Below the pieces are notes generated by a model. It ran no database searches. It saw only the letters and a list, made by a program, of their open reading frames with translations, and was not told where the DNA came from. A stretch of DNA of 63,031 nt, filler included, from Octopus bimaculoides (lineage: Eukaryota), in the NCBI RefSeq assembly GCF_001194135.2. It is 5 parts of 5 records of this genome, joined end to end, with 100 filler letters (N's around TTAATTAATTAA, not from the genome) between each part and the next. Parts side by side here need not be neighbours in the genome. Positions count along the whole stretch, not along the records: positions 1 to 22,008 come from NC_068988.1; 4 more parts are not named here. One strand, written 5' to 3'. The position numbers were made by a program, and so were the translations under genes. Shown here one piece after another: positions 1 through 12,657 of the stretch (position 1 is the first letter of the stretch; every line of letters starts with the position of its first letter).

Positions 1-83
1 CGCACAAAGCTGTGGACATCGGCACGGGTTTGAAATTCCTTGCAGGATGGAGTGAGTGGGATGAAGCGCAGACCCCCCATTGA

Positions 84-99
<16 letters not shown>

Positions 100-117
<18 letters not shown>

Positions 118-310
118 AGAATTCACAAAAAAGACAAAAGACGAAGACAGGTGGTGTAGACAACAAACTGATGCATTAGTATAACGCTCGGGAAGTGATA
201 AAGTCTTTAACGTTTCGAACCCACGCTCTTCCACAGAGAGGAATACACAATGAAACAAGGAGAGAAAAAAAAAGAATGTGTAGTGGCTAGCGATCTATCA
301 TAGCGAATGT
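100..310 (-). repeat. Interspersed repeat, probably a Penelope-like terminal region with a degenerate hammerhead-like motif
   Basis: Minus strand contains GAAGAGCGTGGGTTCGAAACGTTA, the GAAACGT signature of PLE minimal hammerheads. It lies next to a (TA)n tract. Confidence 0.45.
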
Positions 311-619
311 AGATGAATCTATATTCATATATGTGTGCGCGCGCAGACACAGAAAGAATTTCTTCCGTCGATATCATCGATGAATATTCGGTTGTTCAAT
401 TATCTGCATGCTAGTAAAATACCTAACTTTTCGAACTACCTGTATTCCTTGAAAAGAACATAAATATAATTGTTCTACTGATTCTGAGATTGGCTTTTTA
501 AAATCTAATAGTTAACGTTAATATGATCATACTTGATTTAATTTATAATATTACTTTGCAGCCGACTAATATTCCTCTCCAGAAAAATAACTTTCCAATA
601 ATAGACTGGTAAGATAGTT

Positions 620-880
620 TACATGACAAACGTAAGTAAAAGTTCACTCAATTTAACTTATTATTCTCTACAGTTCTAAAGTTACTGCCACTATCAGTAA
701 CTATTATGAGAGTACAATATCTTATATTGTCTACACAGCAACACTTAAATCTAGATACAACCAGCTCTCTTATTCATTCCGACATAAAAAATAAAAGAAC
801 ACCCACACTCTCAAAGCATATTTGGAAAATTTAAAGATGAATATGTCTCTATTTGTAATATTAACTGGCGGTTAACTGAA
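620..880 (+). mobile_element. Penelope-like element, GIY-YIG endonuclease relic
   Basis: Frameshifted translation YIVYTATLKSRYNQLSYSFRH / KRTPTLSKHIWK matches the PLE YIG...FKxRYxNHxxSF...LSKxIW motif. Confidence 0.65.
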
Positions 881-1099
881 ACTGTATCTGCTTGTATCAA
901 TGTTTTCAACTGTTCACGTTGCCTAATTGTACACATGTTGAAAGAAATACTACATCGTTAAAAATCAAAACTACATTATATATATATATATACAAATATC
1001 GTTGGTAAATCATATATCCGAAAAAGAAGCACATTCTAAGCTATATAACAGCATAGTATAAAGATACATAAGGCATATCATCAGACCCGAAAACCTGTT

Positions 1100-1365
1100 G
1101 GCACACGGTCTCTGTAACAAGTGACCTCTCTAGAAAATGGAGGAGGAAAAGATTTTGTTACTCTATGTCAACAACAGGGGATTGTCTCCATTTGGTTGTT
1201 ACTTGTAATCGACTCTGTTTTCGTGTGGATCCCAGAGCACCAGCAGGAATTTCCTGAAGTGCATACAATGTCTGGAGTTAAGGATGTTCCCCGGGTCAAG
1301 GAATTCCTTTAACATCCTTGGCCGTTTGACTATGCACAGTTTACAATAATTGGTCCCATTTATAT
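1100..1365 (-). mobile_element. Penelope-like element, C-terminal endonuclease relic
   Basis: NGTNYCKLCIVK...NILNSRHCMHFRKFLL resembles the PLE C-terminus CxLCxxEK...NLLNxRxE...CRHxxKFLL. Confidence 0.6.
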
Positions 1366-1366
1366 T

Positions 1367-1399
<33 letters not shown>

Positions 1400-2864
1400 G
1401 CACACACATATATCGATAGACTCATGCATACAAACATATTTACATACATACACACTCATACATATGTACATACACACATACATACATGCCCCTTACAGAT
1501 CTCTCATCTCACATATTGTGGAGGCACAATGCAAGCAAGTGTTTGTAAGGGGTTTGTTTATATCTCTCTGTATCTTACAAATTTTCCGCTGATTTTATAG
1601 ATACCCATGCGTATAATCAGCCTCAATCGTAAATACTTTATCAGTTTCAGTCTTACATTATATGCCCTGATTACCAGCATTTAATATCTCTACACAATTT
1701 TTTTGAATACTTATTTTTTTATTTAGATTAGTTTTGCAAAACAATTTACAAAGTTAAAATTTGAGTTTATGAAATTCTCTATGATTTGTTCGACTTTATA
1801 TGAAAGTATATACATATTCTTTGTTATGTATTTATATGTTTTCTGTTATGTTCTTGTGGGTTATGGGCTGTGATGAGCTGTGTGTTGTGGTGGAGAGAGG
1901 TGAGGCAAACAGAGGTGAAGCCAGACCAGAAGGGTCAGACCGGAAGTCGGCGACACGCGGTCGAAGGCTAGCACGTGGAGTCAGTGAGAAAACGGAGAGG
2001 TTACGAGGAAGACGTGTTCTGATCAGGAGCGATCGTGTACTCCGCTGCGGTCGACAAGGTAAGGTCCAACGTTTCATTCTGTCCTTTTGCTTCTTGTTGT
2101 CTTTTTCCTCCATCACACCACAGTTCTTACATTTAACCATGGTTTCACATATTTGTATAAGACAATGCTTCTGTAAAACAGGCACATATATGTATCGAAT
2201 GCGCAATCCCTGAGCATCTGATATTGATGGCGCCAACGTATGTTTCTATGAGTTTATGTAGACAAGTATGTATGTTTATATGTATGAACATACATACACA
2301 TATATGCATACATACATATATGTATACATGTGCATATATATATATCTTAGTTTGTAAGTGTGTGTATATGTATGTATTATTTATGCATGTATCTATCTAT
2401 CTATATGGATGAGTGTTGCAAACTTAAATAAATCACGCATAAGTGTATGACGCCTATGCATGATTTATTTAAGTTTCTTTATAAGTACGCATGACCGAGT
2501 GGATCAGAACTTTGCTCCACATCACCATCGTCTGACGTCCGATCTAGCCAGCTGCATGACATTTTGTATAAATGTCTTTTGCTATAGACTGAAGTCGACA
2601 ATAGTTTTTTGAATGTGGTAATTATGATGCAGTGAACAGAAAAAATGTATGGTAACCGGTCAAATAAGTGACTCAGTGAGTGAGCCTTGTCATACACTAT
2701 GTCACGCTAATTATCTGTTAGAATTGAGTCAAAGATTCGGTGCTCTGCTATATACTGAACTACTTCGCATGCTAATTTATGGAGCAAACCATTACATGAT
2801 ATAGCACATTGGAAAACACCGTAATGATATCGAAATAGGGCCTTGTCTATGTACACACACACAG

Positions 2865-2912
<48 letters not shown>

Positions 2913-3605
2913 GCGCGCGCACACACACACACGCGCGCACGTATACGCACACACGAACACATACATATATGCACATGTATACACACAGATACATCTCCTC
3001 ATTCATATACATGTGTGCGTGTGCATTAATGGAACGTATATATGTGTGCATGGGTATATCCATATATATATACACATATATAATGTGTACGTGTATGCAA
3101 TCTATATTTTACTTTATTTCATTTAGTTATACTTTTTATTTAACTGGCATATTTTCTAAAAGCTGCCTTTTAATGTATTTTGATAAAATAGTCTAGAAAG
3201 ATTTATATTTTCTTATGCATAAAAATAAGTTAATGATTTATAAATTACTTTGAAAAGTGTAATGTACGAAGTTCTAGATCCTTGAGTCATTTACTAAGCT
3301 TAACAGAAAAACAGAAGAAGAATATTTGCTCTACTTTTGCCTATTGAGTACTGTTTCTTATGTTTATACTTCCAAATCTATGTGTGTATGTATGTATGCA
3401 TCTATCTATCAGTTTAAAAATTGATATGTCTGTTTGTCTATATATCTGTGTTCATCCATTCATCCGTTCATACACACACTCATGCACAAAGGCACACACG
3501 TCTATATGTATAAACATACAACCTGTCTCTGACACATAATTTTTATATACAAATGCTTTTATTTACATGCTTATGTGTCTCTATTTCTCACGAACCAAAT
3601 ACACA

Positions 3606-3640
<35 letters not shown>

Positions 3641-4063
3641 CCATGCGCATAAATACTAGAGGTAGTAGAGAGTGCAGCTTAAACTACAAGTAACTTTTCT
3701 GCCTTTGTTTTTTTTTATCTTTCTGTTCTTTTGTCTCATTCTGTTTGCTTTCTTTTGTGGAGTAGTACTTTAATCTGGAGCGTTAAAGGTTGTGTGTTCT
3801 ACCAATTGCACACGTTCATACATATACGTTTATGTAAGCCTATTGGGTCCTTTCCACACACACACACACACACACACCATCTCTCTCTCTCTCTCTCTCT
3901 CTNNNNNNNNNNNNNNNNNNNNNNNNNNNNNNNNNNNNNNNNNNNNNNATATATATTTGTTGTATTTGGGGATGGTCATGTTGCCAGTTTAGCCAATAAA
4001 AACACACGCACTATATATTTGGTGTAAATTTGCTTCAGCGTTATTTTACATTAATCGTATTTT

Positions 4064-4108
4064 GGCCAGAGTTCTTTCGTCACATTTCTGTGACCTCATC
4101 AGTGGTCC
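4064..4108 (-). ncRNA. Type I hammerhead ribozyme motif with complete catalytic core
   Basis: Minus strand GGACCA-CTGATGA-G-GTCACA-GAAA-TGTGAC-GAAA-GAAC-TC-TGGCC. Stem I is 5 bp with a bulged A, the core is CUGAUGA, stem II is 6 bp with a GNRA loop, followed by GAAA, a 2-bp stem III and a CUC cleavage triplet. Confidence 0.75.
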
Positions 4109-5699
4109 TTTGCTTTCTTCTTTCTTATTTGTGTGTCTTTCCTTACTAAAGATCAGCCATTTAGTATTTTATATTCCTATTGTATGTGTCTTTATTTGCG
4201 CATGCGTATCCCCCTATGGGTGTCTATATATATATTGAAAGGCAGTTTTTATATCGAATTTAACATGGATGTATTGTTACCGCCCGGAATACAACAGTAT
4301 CTACCTTGAGAGAACCTCACATATGCATGCATGGTGCATAGAAGCACACATATTTATATTGCTAGCAGATACGATGTATTTGGTGATCTAACAACACATC
4401 CATTTCTCCTGTATAACAAGTAAATATAAATATCGTGTAGAAGAATTTCAAGAAATTCGGAGCGTAAATGGCGGAAATCACATCTTCAATTGATGCTTAC
4501 ACTATACATTGCCGATGATTGTTTCTATTCTACCAGCATATTTAGACATAGAAGTAAAGTACAAGATATCAGCCAAATGAATATAACCGAAAATTTATGC
4601 TAACAAATTGTTATCAAGGAAACCTCGAAAACGTTAAATTCTAAGTGAACTGTGATAATATCTTTAATATATGTACGTATACGAAATGAATGTTAAGGAG
4701 AAATATAATAGTCTAAGAATAGAAAGTAAATATACAAATTCTCTGTCACGATATTTAGTTATCTAGCTATTAATATATGCTAAAAAGAATTTATAAAAAT
4801 TATGCTTACTAGCAGATCCTGTGAAAATTCCAGTGTAAGTCAGCATATTTGAGAGAATATTGTGATATTAGTTTGAACACAAACGGAGGAATTTCCAAAA
4901 AATCTTTTGAAATCCTGCCATTTAATCAAAATTGTACTTTCAAATATAAACGAAATGAATTTAAAAGATATTGCTTATTTTCCTTTATGATGTGCTTCAT
5001 AGTGTAAGGATGTAAAAGATGAATTAGAATGGTGAAACTTATTCATATATATAACTACGTTATTTGCTGTCCAACCACCACCAAGGGTTGGTCAAAATTA
5101 TTTACCAATTGAGATTATTTTTCTTTCTTATCATTTCATTTCAGTTCAGTTCAGCTACATATCCATTTGCATATCTATTAATATACTACGCTATTTACAT
5201 ATCTGTAGATTCACTTATCTATCTGTCTGTCTGTCCGTCCGTCCGCCCTTCCACCTGTCTGTCTATCTAATTAGCTACCATATCTGCATTCCCTTCTGTA
5301 TCTGTCTACCCTCATAATACCAATAAGTATTTAAACCAAATAACAAAAATAGATGAGTAATGGCGGTGCCCCGTTATGGCTACAGCCTTTGGTCTGGAAC
5401 ATGTGAATGGTAAAAGTGTAACATCTACAGCTATTTGTATACCTTTTCAAGCATAAATCTATAGATCTTCATGACATTGTTTCATTGTGTTAAACATTTT
5501 GCTTTAACCCACAAATACAGAATAATATAGACTTTCTCCCTGACCAATGAAGTCATTTTTGTTATTGAAATATTTAAATGTTTTTCTTAATTTATGGGAA
5601 TATTTCAATGTACGATTGTTTCTACAATTTAATAATCTTAATTCTGAAGTAATTAAAAAATAACATTCCTCTAGGCAAAGATCACATCTAAAATTACCA

Positions 5700-6290
5700 G
5701 TATTGTACGATGGAGCATAACTAATACTTTAGATCGTAGTTAATGTCCCTGTCTTTGAAATCCCAAAGGCCTTTTCTGAGATTCGCAAAATTAAACTTTC
5801 TTCTAAACTTAAATGTAGAAAGAAGATTATGTAATCTGGATTTCCAAATTGTAGCAGAAGGACCTATGTAACAATACGTACGATCCCCTGCTATTATCCT
5901 ACAGTTATATACTATAATCTTCCTTAAAGAATGATTTTCTAAAGGACACAATTTTGTCCTTGAAATTACAGAGGTGCTTATTCACTCATATGTAGCACTC
6001 TTGGTTAAAGGAAATTTACTAATTCAGCTCTCAGAATTAGGTGTTAAACCAAGATTATTATTAGTATTATCAATATTATTGCTATGTGTTATCTTAAAGG
6101 TATCACTTTTACATTTGGAATTACCTCCACCGAAAGTATCAAAGACCAATTCAGGAACATTATCATTAGAGTTTGTCTCACAACTTAACCTATCAAATCT
6201 ATTTGTGTTTACTATACACCGGGTGTTTAAGATAAATTTGACAGCTTGCATGAAAAGAAAAGGAAACACGATATTCTATCCAAAAAGAAA
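5700..6290 (-). mobile_element. Penelope-like element relic (GIY-YIG region)
   Basis: CPLENHSLRKIIVYNCRIIAGDRTYCYIGPSATIWKSRLHNLLSTF...LWDFKD fits the PLE endonuclease consensus. Confidence 0.75.
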
Positions 6291-6319
6291 AGTATTTTAA
6301 AAGATTAAAAATGTCAAGT

Positions 6320-7135
6320 AGATTATGACTGGGAAATAACAGTTTGCTCAAAGAAGCCACCTTCAGCTTCCATCATAATCTCAAGACAGCTCCAGAACCT
6401 AGTGCATGCATTCCATACTGTGTCACTGGGAAAGTCTTTGAACCCCTCCTTGATCTTGGCCGTCATGGTGCTGCATACAAAGCAGTTGGTGTCTTTCTCA
6501 AGTATGCCACACACACATAGCAATCCATGGGATTACGGTCGGAGTGGGGGGATTAGGAATCTAGACATTGGGGATTGTAAAGTTGTAGAAATTCTCTGAC
6601 AATTTGTGGAATTCTCTGACAACCACTTCAGACTCTTTCCAGAGGTATAGCAAGAAGCCGAACTCTGCCACCACACATGTAGCCTACCACCACCAGCAGT
6701 CCTCTATAGCCAGGGTTTGACTACAGTTTCCAGCTGCTTCACATAGCTGTCTGAATTGAATCTAAGGCTCTGTTCAAAGATGCAGGGTGGCATGATGACA
6801 CCATCACTGCTGTTTCCCTTCCTACAAGCCACAGCTTCCTAGTCTAAGTTATAACTCTCTATGTCATGTCTTAGAACCCTTATAATGTTCCTGGATCATT
6901 GAACAGCAGCCATGATGTAGGTATTTTGACACCTGGCATGGATCATCTTGATACAGGCAATTTTTTCCAATATTCAGATGGCTTCCAGTCTTCCATGTCC
7001 GCTAACTTTTTCTCAGCTACAATTTTAATATTTATGCTCTGCAATACTGCTGACTATCCATCACACATCGAGCTATTCCTGAAAAGAAAACGAAGACATA
7101 AAACATCATCAAAACTTAACCTGAACACTAGGATA
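6320..7135 (-). mobile_element. Decayed Tc1/mariner (DD37D/maT-like) DNA transposon
   Basis: Fragmented translation ...MPPCIFEQSLRFNSDSYVKQLETVVKPW...NPMDYYVCGILEKDTN...ACTRFWSCLEIMMEAEGGFFE. Confidence 0.8.
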
Positions 7136-8304
7136 TATATNNNNNNNNNNNNNNNNNNNNNNNNNNNNNNNNNNNNNNNNNNNNNNNNNNNNNNNNNNNN
7201 NNNNNNNNNNNNNNNNNNNNNNNNNNNNNNNNNNNNNNNNNNNNNNNNNNNNNNNNNNNNNNNNNNNNNNNNNNNNNNNNNNNNNNNNNNNNNNNNNTAT
7301 ATATATATATATATATATATTGAGAGAGAGAGTGGGGAGAGAGAAGGACGAGGTATAGAGATTGATTGAGAACAAGAATACTGATTCAAAGAGTCAATCA
7401 CATGAGCTCACTCTCACTTATCTTATTTGGTCAATTATTTATACATGTGTGTGTGCGTGTGTATAGTAATCATCTGCATAAACGAATAACATCTGAAACA
7501 TATTGACAGCAGTAAATAAAAGTATAACTATTCATGTTGAAGTGCTCCATGATGTCTTAACCCCTCTCTGTCTTTCTCATTATGACTTGATATGGAGTCT
7601 GTACAAAGTTATTTTAAGCAACACGATGGTTTTGGAGTATGCGCATTCATATATATACATATATATATATTTTTCTTTTCAAATTTTAATTTTATTTTTC
7701 GTTTGGCTTTTATGCATGAACATAATCATTATTCTAGATATTCAAGGTGACAACATTGCCAACAGACAGACACATCAACCGTGAACCATGATCACTGAGC
7801 TACTACAACTGCTACTACTACTACTACTACTACTTTGCAATGTATTTTCTTTTCTAAAATGAAACAGTCATTTTAAATAGTCAAAAGTTTAAACTTACTT
7901 CGATATTCAAAGTAGCAGAATATGCATATCATGTATATACTGCCTATATTGACATATACACACATGTATACATATGTATTTATAAATATATACATGTTTG
8001 TCTACACACATACTCACAAACACACACACATATACACATGCGTGTATATATGTGTATTTGTATGCATGCATGCTTATTTATGTACACTTCTGTGAATAAA
8101 CATGTTTTCAAAATACGCTTGTCTGATTTATAAATTAATGCTGAATTTATGTACAGAAATTTGTCTCATAATATCATGAAATCAAATCTAAGGACCACCA
8201 CTCAAAAATTTCACAGTTCTTTGGAGTCATATGTATGAATGAAGTACTTTTTTGTTGATTCTACTTATAATGGATCTCTCTCTCTCTCTGTATATAGATA
8301 TGTA

Positions 8305-8371
<67 letters not shown>

Positions 8372-8402
8372 ATGTGTGTACCTATATATACATATGTGTG
8401 TG

Positions 8403-8437
<35 letters not shown>

Positions 8438-8440
<3 letters not shown>

Positions 8441-8591
8441 GGAGTATTGAAAAGTTCCTGGCTTTAAGGGTATAGCGAAAGGCTTGGCTGGAGGTCCAAA
8501 CTTCTGAGTTCTTTTATAGGACCACTGCAAAAGGAGTGCTAATCTCAGAGGGGAATATCTTGAATAAAATCATAATTAACTGATCCTCCTG
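8438..8591 (+). mobile_element. Mariner-derived MITE, 3'-truncated
   Basis: Begins gagggagtattgaaaagttcctggcttt after a TA run. Same family as 18427-18633. Confidence 0.7.
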
Positions 8592-8687
8592 AATTTATGT
8601 TTATACATACATACATATATATATGTGTGTGTGTGTGGGTATGTGCATGTGTGTGTGAGTGTGTATATACATACATATATACCTACA

Positions 8688-8719
<32 letters not shown>

Positions 8720-9061
8720 CACAGATATATGTTCTAAAACTAAAAAAGTGGCCAGCAAGCCTCCACAGAGGAATTGAAACCTGTACCTCTCAACATTCCA
8801 AAGCTATTATTTAGCATTATAAACAGACTGAATCTGTTGTCATGGGTTCCTTAGCTTAATGGTAAAGAGCCCTCATTCAAAATTTGGGAGGTGCAGGTTT
8901 TGATTCACTGCATAGGGTTGCTGACAAACTTTTTACCATCTTCCAAAAGGTATTTACCCAATTTTCTAAGCTGTCCTCACAATCTTATGTATTCGTAAAT
9001 TTCTTTATTTTCTATTGAGTACCAACACATGTGGTGTTTATAAGTTTGTTTTCCAAAATGT

Positions 9062-9099
<38 letters not shown>

Positions 9100-9101
<2 letters not shown>

Positions 9102-9300
9102 CATCATCATCATCATTTGACGTCTGTTGTCCATGCTGGCATGGGTTGGATGGTTTGACCAGAGCTAGCAAGCTGGAAGGCTTCTCCAGACACCAGTCTG
9201 ATTTGGCATGGTTTCTATGACTGGATGCCCTTCCTAATGTCAACCACTACAGAGAGTGTAATGGATGCTTTTGTGTGTCACCAGCACCGGTTCCATTTGC
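9100..9300 (-). mobile_element. Old RTE-type 3' UTR/tail fragment
   Basis: (CAT)n tail and ggatgcccttcctaa motif shared with the RTE copy at 16122-16646. Confidence 0.7.
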
Positions 9301-9501
9301 ATCAGATCCGTATCTGCCATGATTACAATTTTTTAATGGCTTGATAGGTCTTCTTTTCAAGTCCAGCTTTATGCCAAAGGTCTCAGTCATTCATCATTGC
9401 CCCTGTGAGGCCCAACACTTGTAAGGTGCTTTTCGCATGCCAAGTATTTATATATATACATGCATGTAAACATATGTACGCTTACAGAAACACACCACAT
9501 A

Positions 9502-9826
9502 CATCATCATCATCATCATCATCATCGTTTAACATCCACTTCCCATGCTAGCATGGGTTGGACGATTTGACTGAGGACTGGTGAACCAGATAGCTACACC
9601 AGGCTCCAATCTGATTTGGCAATTTCTACAGCTGGATGCCTTTCCTAACGCCAACCACTCTGAGAGTGTAGTGGGTGCTTTTACACGCCACCGGCACGAA
9701 GGCCAGTCAGGAGGTACTGGCAATGGCCACGCTCGAAATTGTGTATTTTACGTGCCACCTGCACAGGAGCCAGTCCAGCGGTACTGGCAACGAATTCGCT
9801 CGAATGTCATTTCATGTGCCACTGGC
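9502..9826 (-). mobile_element. RTE LINE 3' UTR copy
   Basis: Near-identical reverse complement of 16380-16646, including the (GAT)n tail. Confidence 0.85.
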
Positions 9827-10679
9827 ATACAAACAAAACAAACCACTGGTTTGAAGTAACTAGCAAAAGAGAAGAAAGATAAATAGAAAAAATAGAAAAA
9901 AAAACAATAGAAAAATTAAAGAAGCAGGGGAAAAAACATAAATTGATTTGGTTTTTAGGCTCTTTATGTTATGAGTTCAAATTCCGCCATGTCACCTTTG
10001 CCTTTCATCATTTTAGAGTGATTAAAAGAAAGTGCAACTTAATCACTGGGATTGATGTAATCAGACAACTCTTTCTACCTAAAAATAATGGTGTTGTCTT
10101 AAAGTTTGACATAATCATTTTTATTATTTCTGATATTATTAAAATGTGTGGATAGCAGAGCCAGTAAAGTAACAAATTGAAATCCCTGTAGAAAATTCAC
10201 ATCTGTCTACATCAAATATAATTTATTATAGCATTTGTCAAACTGTGTAGCTTTGTACTTATGTCAGAAATATTTATATTTTATAACTTCTCCACAGAGG
10301 AATAGCAGTATTAATATGATAACATGACCATTAGTTATCAAAGTCAGTATTTCATGATAATTAATTTCAAATCAGCTTCAATTCATTAAATATTTCAACT
10401 GAAAAGTAATTTACAATTTGCAGTATCTGTTTCATGTTTCATTTGATATACAGACATTTCACAAAGTCACTTGATAACACATACATACATACTTATGCAA
10501 ATACAGTCATGCATACATCTATAGATGAGTTTATATGTTCAATATATTAAATATATATGTATGTATATATATTTTTCTTTCTTGTATTTTTCTTTTATTA
10601 GTTTCAACTCCAGAGTTATGACCATGCTGGAGCACTGCTGTTAGCTTTGCTACACTCTCACTATTTGAAACCTCCTCTG

Positions 10680-11270
10680 ATATGTGGCATTTGTTTCCTG
10701 CTGAGAAGTGGGTTCATCAAGAACTCTTGATAGGAGGAGATCTAGATCTGTTTTGAAGACATGCACATCCACCCCATTAGATCTCTAAGGCTTTTGAAGA
10801 GTGTATTGAAATGCTGTGGGTTCTTGAAACCAAAGCTGTTGCAGTATCTGGTTTTGTATCCTAATGGCAAAGTTGGAATCCTTGATACTATGCAGTGGCC
10901 CCCTGTTCAGCTGTTTGTTTAACTTTCAATGCCAAAGTTTGGTACTAGTCCTTCCAGGAATTTCCAGATGCATATCACTATATATATNNNNNNNNNNNNN
11001 NNNNNNNNNNNNNNNNNNNNNNNNNNNNNNNNNNNNNNTATATATATCACTGTATATCATTTCTACCATCATTCTAGAGAGTAGAGTCCTTTACAGCCTC
11101 TTCCAGTAGCTCACATGTCACATTAAGATGATTTTCTTTATGTAGGTTTACTAGATTGCTTCAAGCTCCGCTCTTTAATTTTGTACTGTATGATGACCAT
11201 AGTTGGGGGCAACTACGTCCTACACTGTAATGCTCAGAGACAGCTGAATTGTAGTGTCTTTGTCACAAAG
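10680..11270 (-). mobile_element. CR1/L2-clade LINE 3' ORF2 relic interrupted by a (TA)n expansion and gap
   Basis: Degenerate translation ...PQLWSSYS...AELEAI...SYWKRL...YSLE...VIY / IWKFLEGLVPNFGIES.... Overlaps the family seen at 13829-14198. Confidence 0.7.
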
Positions 11271-11271
11271 C

Positions 11272-11460
11272 CAGTAATTTCAGAGCAAATGGGGTAAATC
11301 AATTATATTGACCCCTGTGCTCAACTAGTACATATTTTCTTGACGCTGAAAAGATGAAAGGCAAAGTTGACTTCAGCAGAATTTGAAGTCAGAACATAGC
11401 GACAGATGAAATGGTGCTAAGCATTTGGCCAGCCATGCTAAAGATTCTGCCAGCTTGTTA
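11272..11460 (-). mobile_element. tRNA-derived SINE family A, CpG-decayed copy
   Basis: Reverse of the head gctggcagaatc...ttctgacttcaaattctgctgaagtcaactttgcctttcatc. Confidence 0.75.
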
Positions 11461-11810
11461 CATTAATAATGTCCTTGTATTGACCAAAATGTTCAGAATG
11501 TTTCTCTTTGATACAGCTGAACCATTACAATTCCATATGAACATTTTCAGCAAAAGATATGGCAACATTTAGAAAGTTGGCAATTTTGAAATTGCTGTGT
11601 TCTTCATATTTGGCAACAATGACTGCATGTCTTTTCATTTCTAGTGTTAGCATTTTATCTGCCATGGAGGATCTGAAGGAAATAAAGACCCTTTAATTAG
11701 TGTGAAGCAGGTAATATACTAATAATTAAATGCCTTCAGTTACCTGGTGCACGCTGTATACACATAAGTGTGTGAGTGTGTATATATATGTACACACTTA
11801 CACATATATA

Positions 11811-11870
11811 TGTATTTGCCGATCAAAGCCTTGCGAGCATATTTGGTACACGGAAGCTGTAAGACGCCCG

Positions 11871-11915
<45 letters not shown>

Positions 11916-12115
11916 NNNNNNNNNNNNNNNNNNNNNNNNNNNNNNNNNNNNNNNNNNNNNNNNNNNNNNNNNNNNNNNNNNNNNNNNNNNNNNNNNNNNN
12001 NNNNNNNNNNNNNNNNNNNNNNNNNNNNNNNNNNNNNNNNNNNNNNNNNNNNNNNNNNNNNNNNNNNNNNNNNNNNNNNNNNNNNNNNNNNNNNNNNNNN
12101 NNNNNNNNNNNNNNN

Positions 12116-12153
<38 letters not shown>

Positions 12154-12398
12154 GTGTGTGTGTATATACCTATGTGTGTGTGTCTCTTTGTGTTTGTTTT
12201 CCACTACCACTTGACACCTGGTGGTGGTCTGTTTATGTCCCCATAACTTAGCAGTTTGACAAAACAGACCGATAGAATAAATACTAGGCTTCAAAAGATA
12301 ATAAGTCCTGGGGTCAATTTGTTTGGCTAAAATCCTTCAAGGTGGTGCCCAAGCATGGCCGTAGCCAGATGACTGAATCAAGTTAAAGATAAAAGATA
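11811..12398 (+). mobile_element. SINE family B copy with expanded internal microsatellite and gap
   Basis: aaagccttg...cccgtc-(TA)n-...cataacttagc...gatagaataa...ggtgcccaagcatggccg...atgactgaa tail. Confidence 0.8.
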
Positions 12399-12609
12399 TG
12401 TATTCATATATGCCTACAGTAACATTGCATTCCTAGAAGTCATGTCATAATATGCAAGTCTGTAATGTAAAACATATTTTACATTGATTTCCATATTAAA
12501 TGAAACATAACGATCATTGAAATCAATGGGATCTATGTTTCTCATTACAGAATTTTTACATTACAACAAAATTTTCAGGAATGCAAAGCTTCGGTAACAC
12601 AGAAGATCA

Positions 12610-12657
<48 letters not shown>

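Noticed and set aside
4362-7943. Possible minus-strand exons 7943-7899 and 4408-4362 (SIYMICIFCYFEYR-REMDVLLDHQIHRIC*)
   Set aside because: They are phase compatible, but alternative acceptors fit equally well and I recognise no protein. They cannot be called without RNA data.
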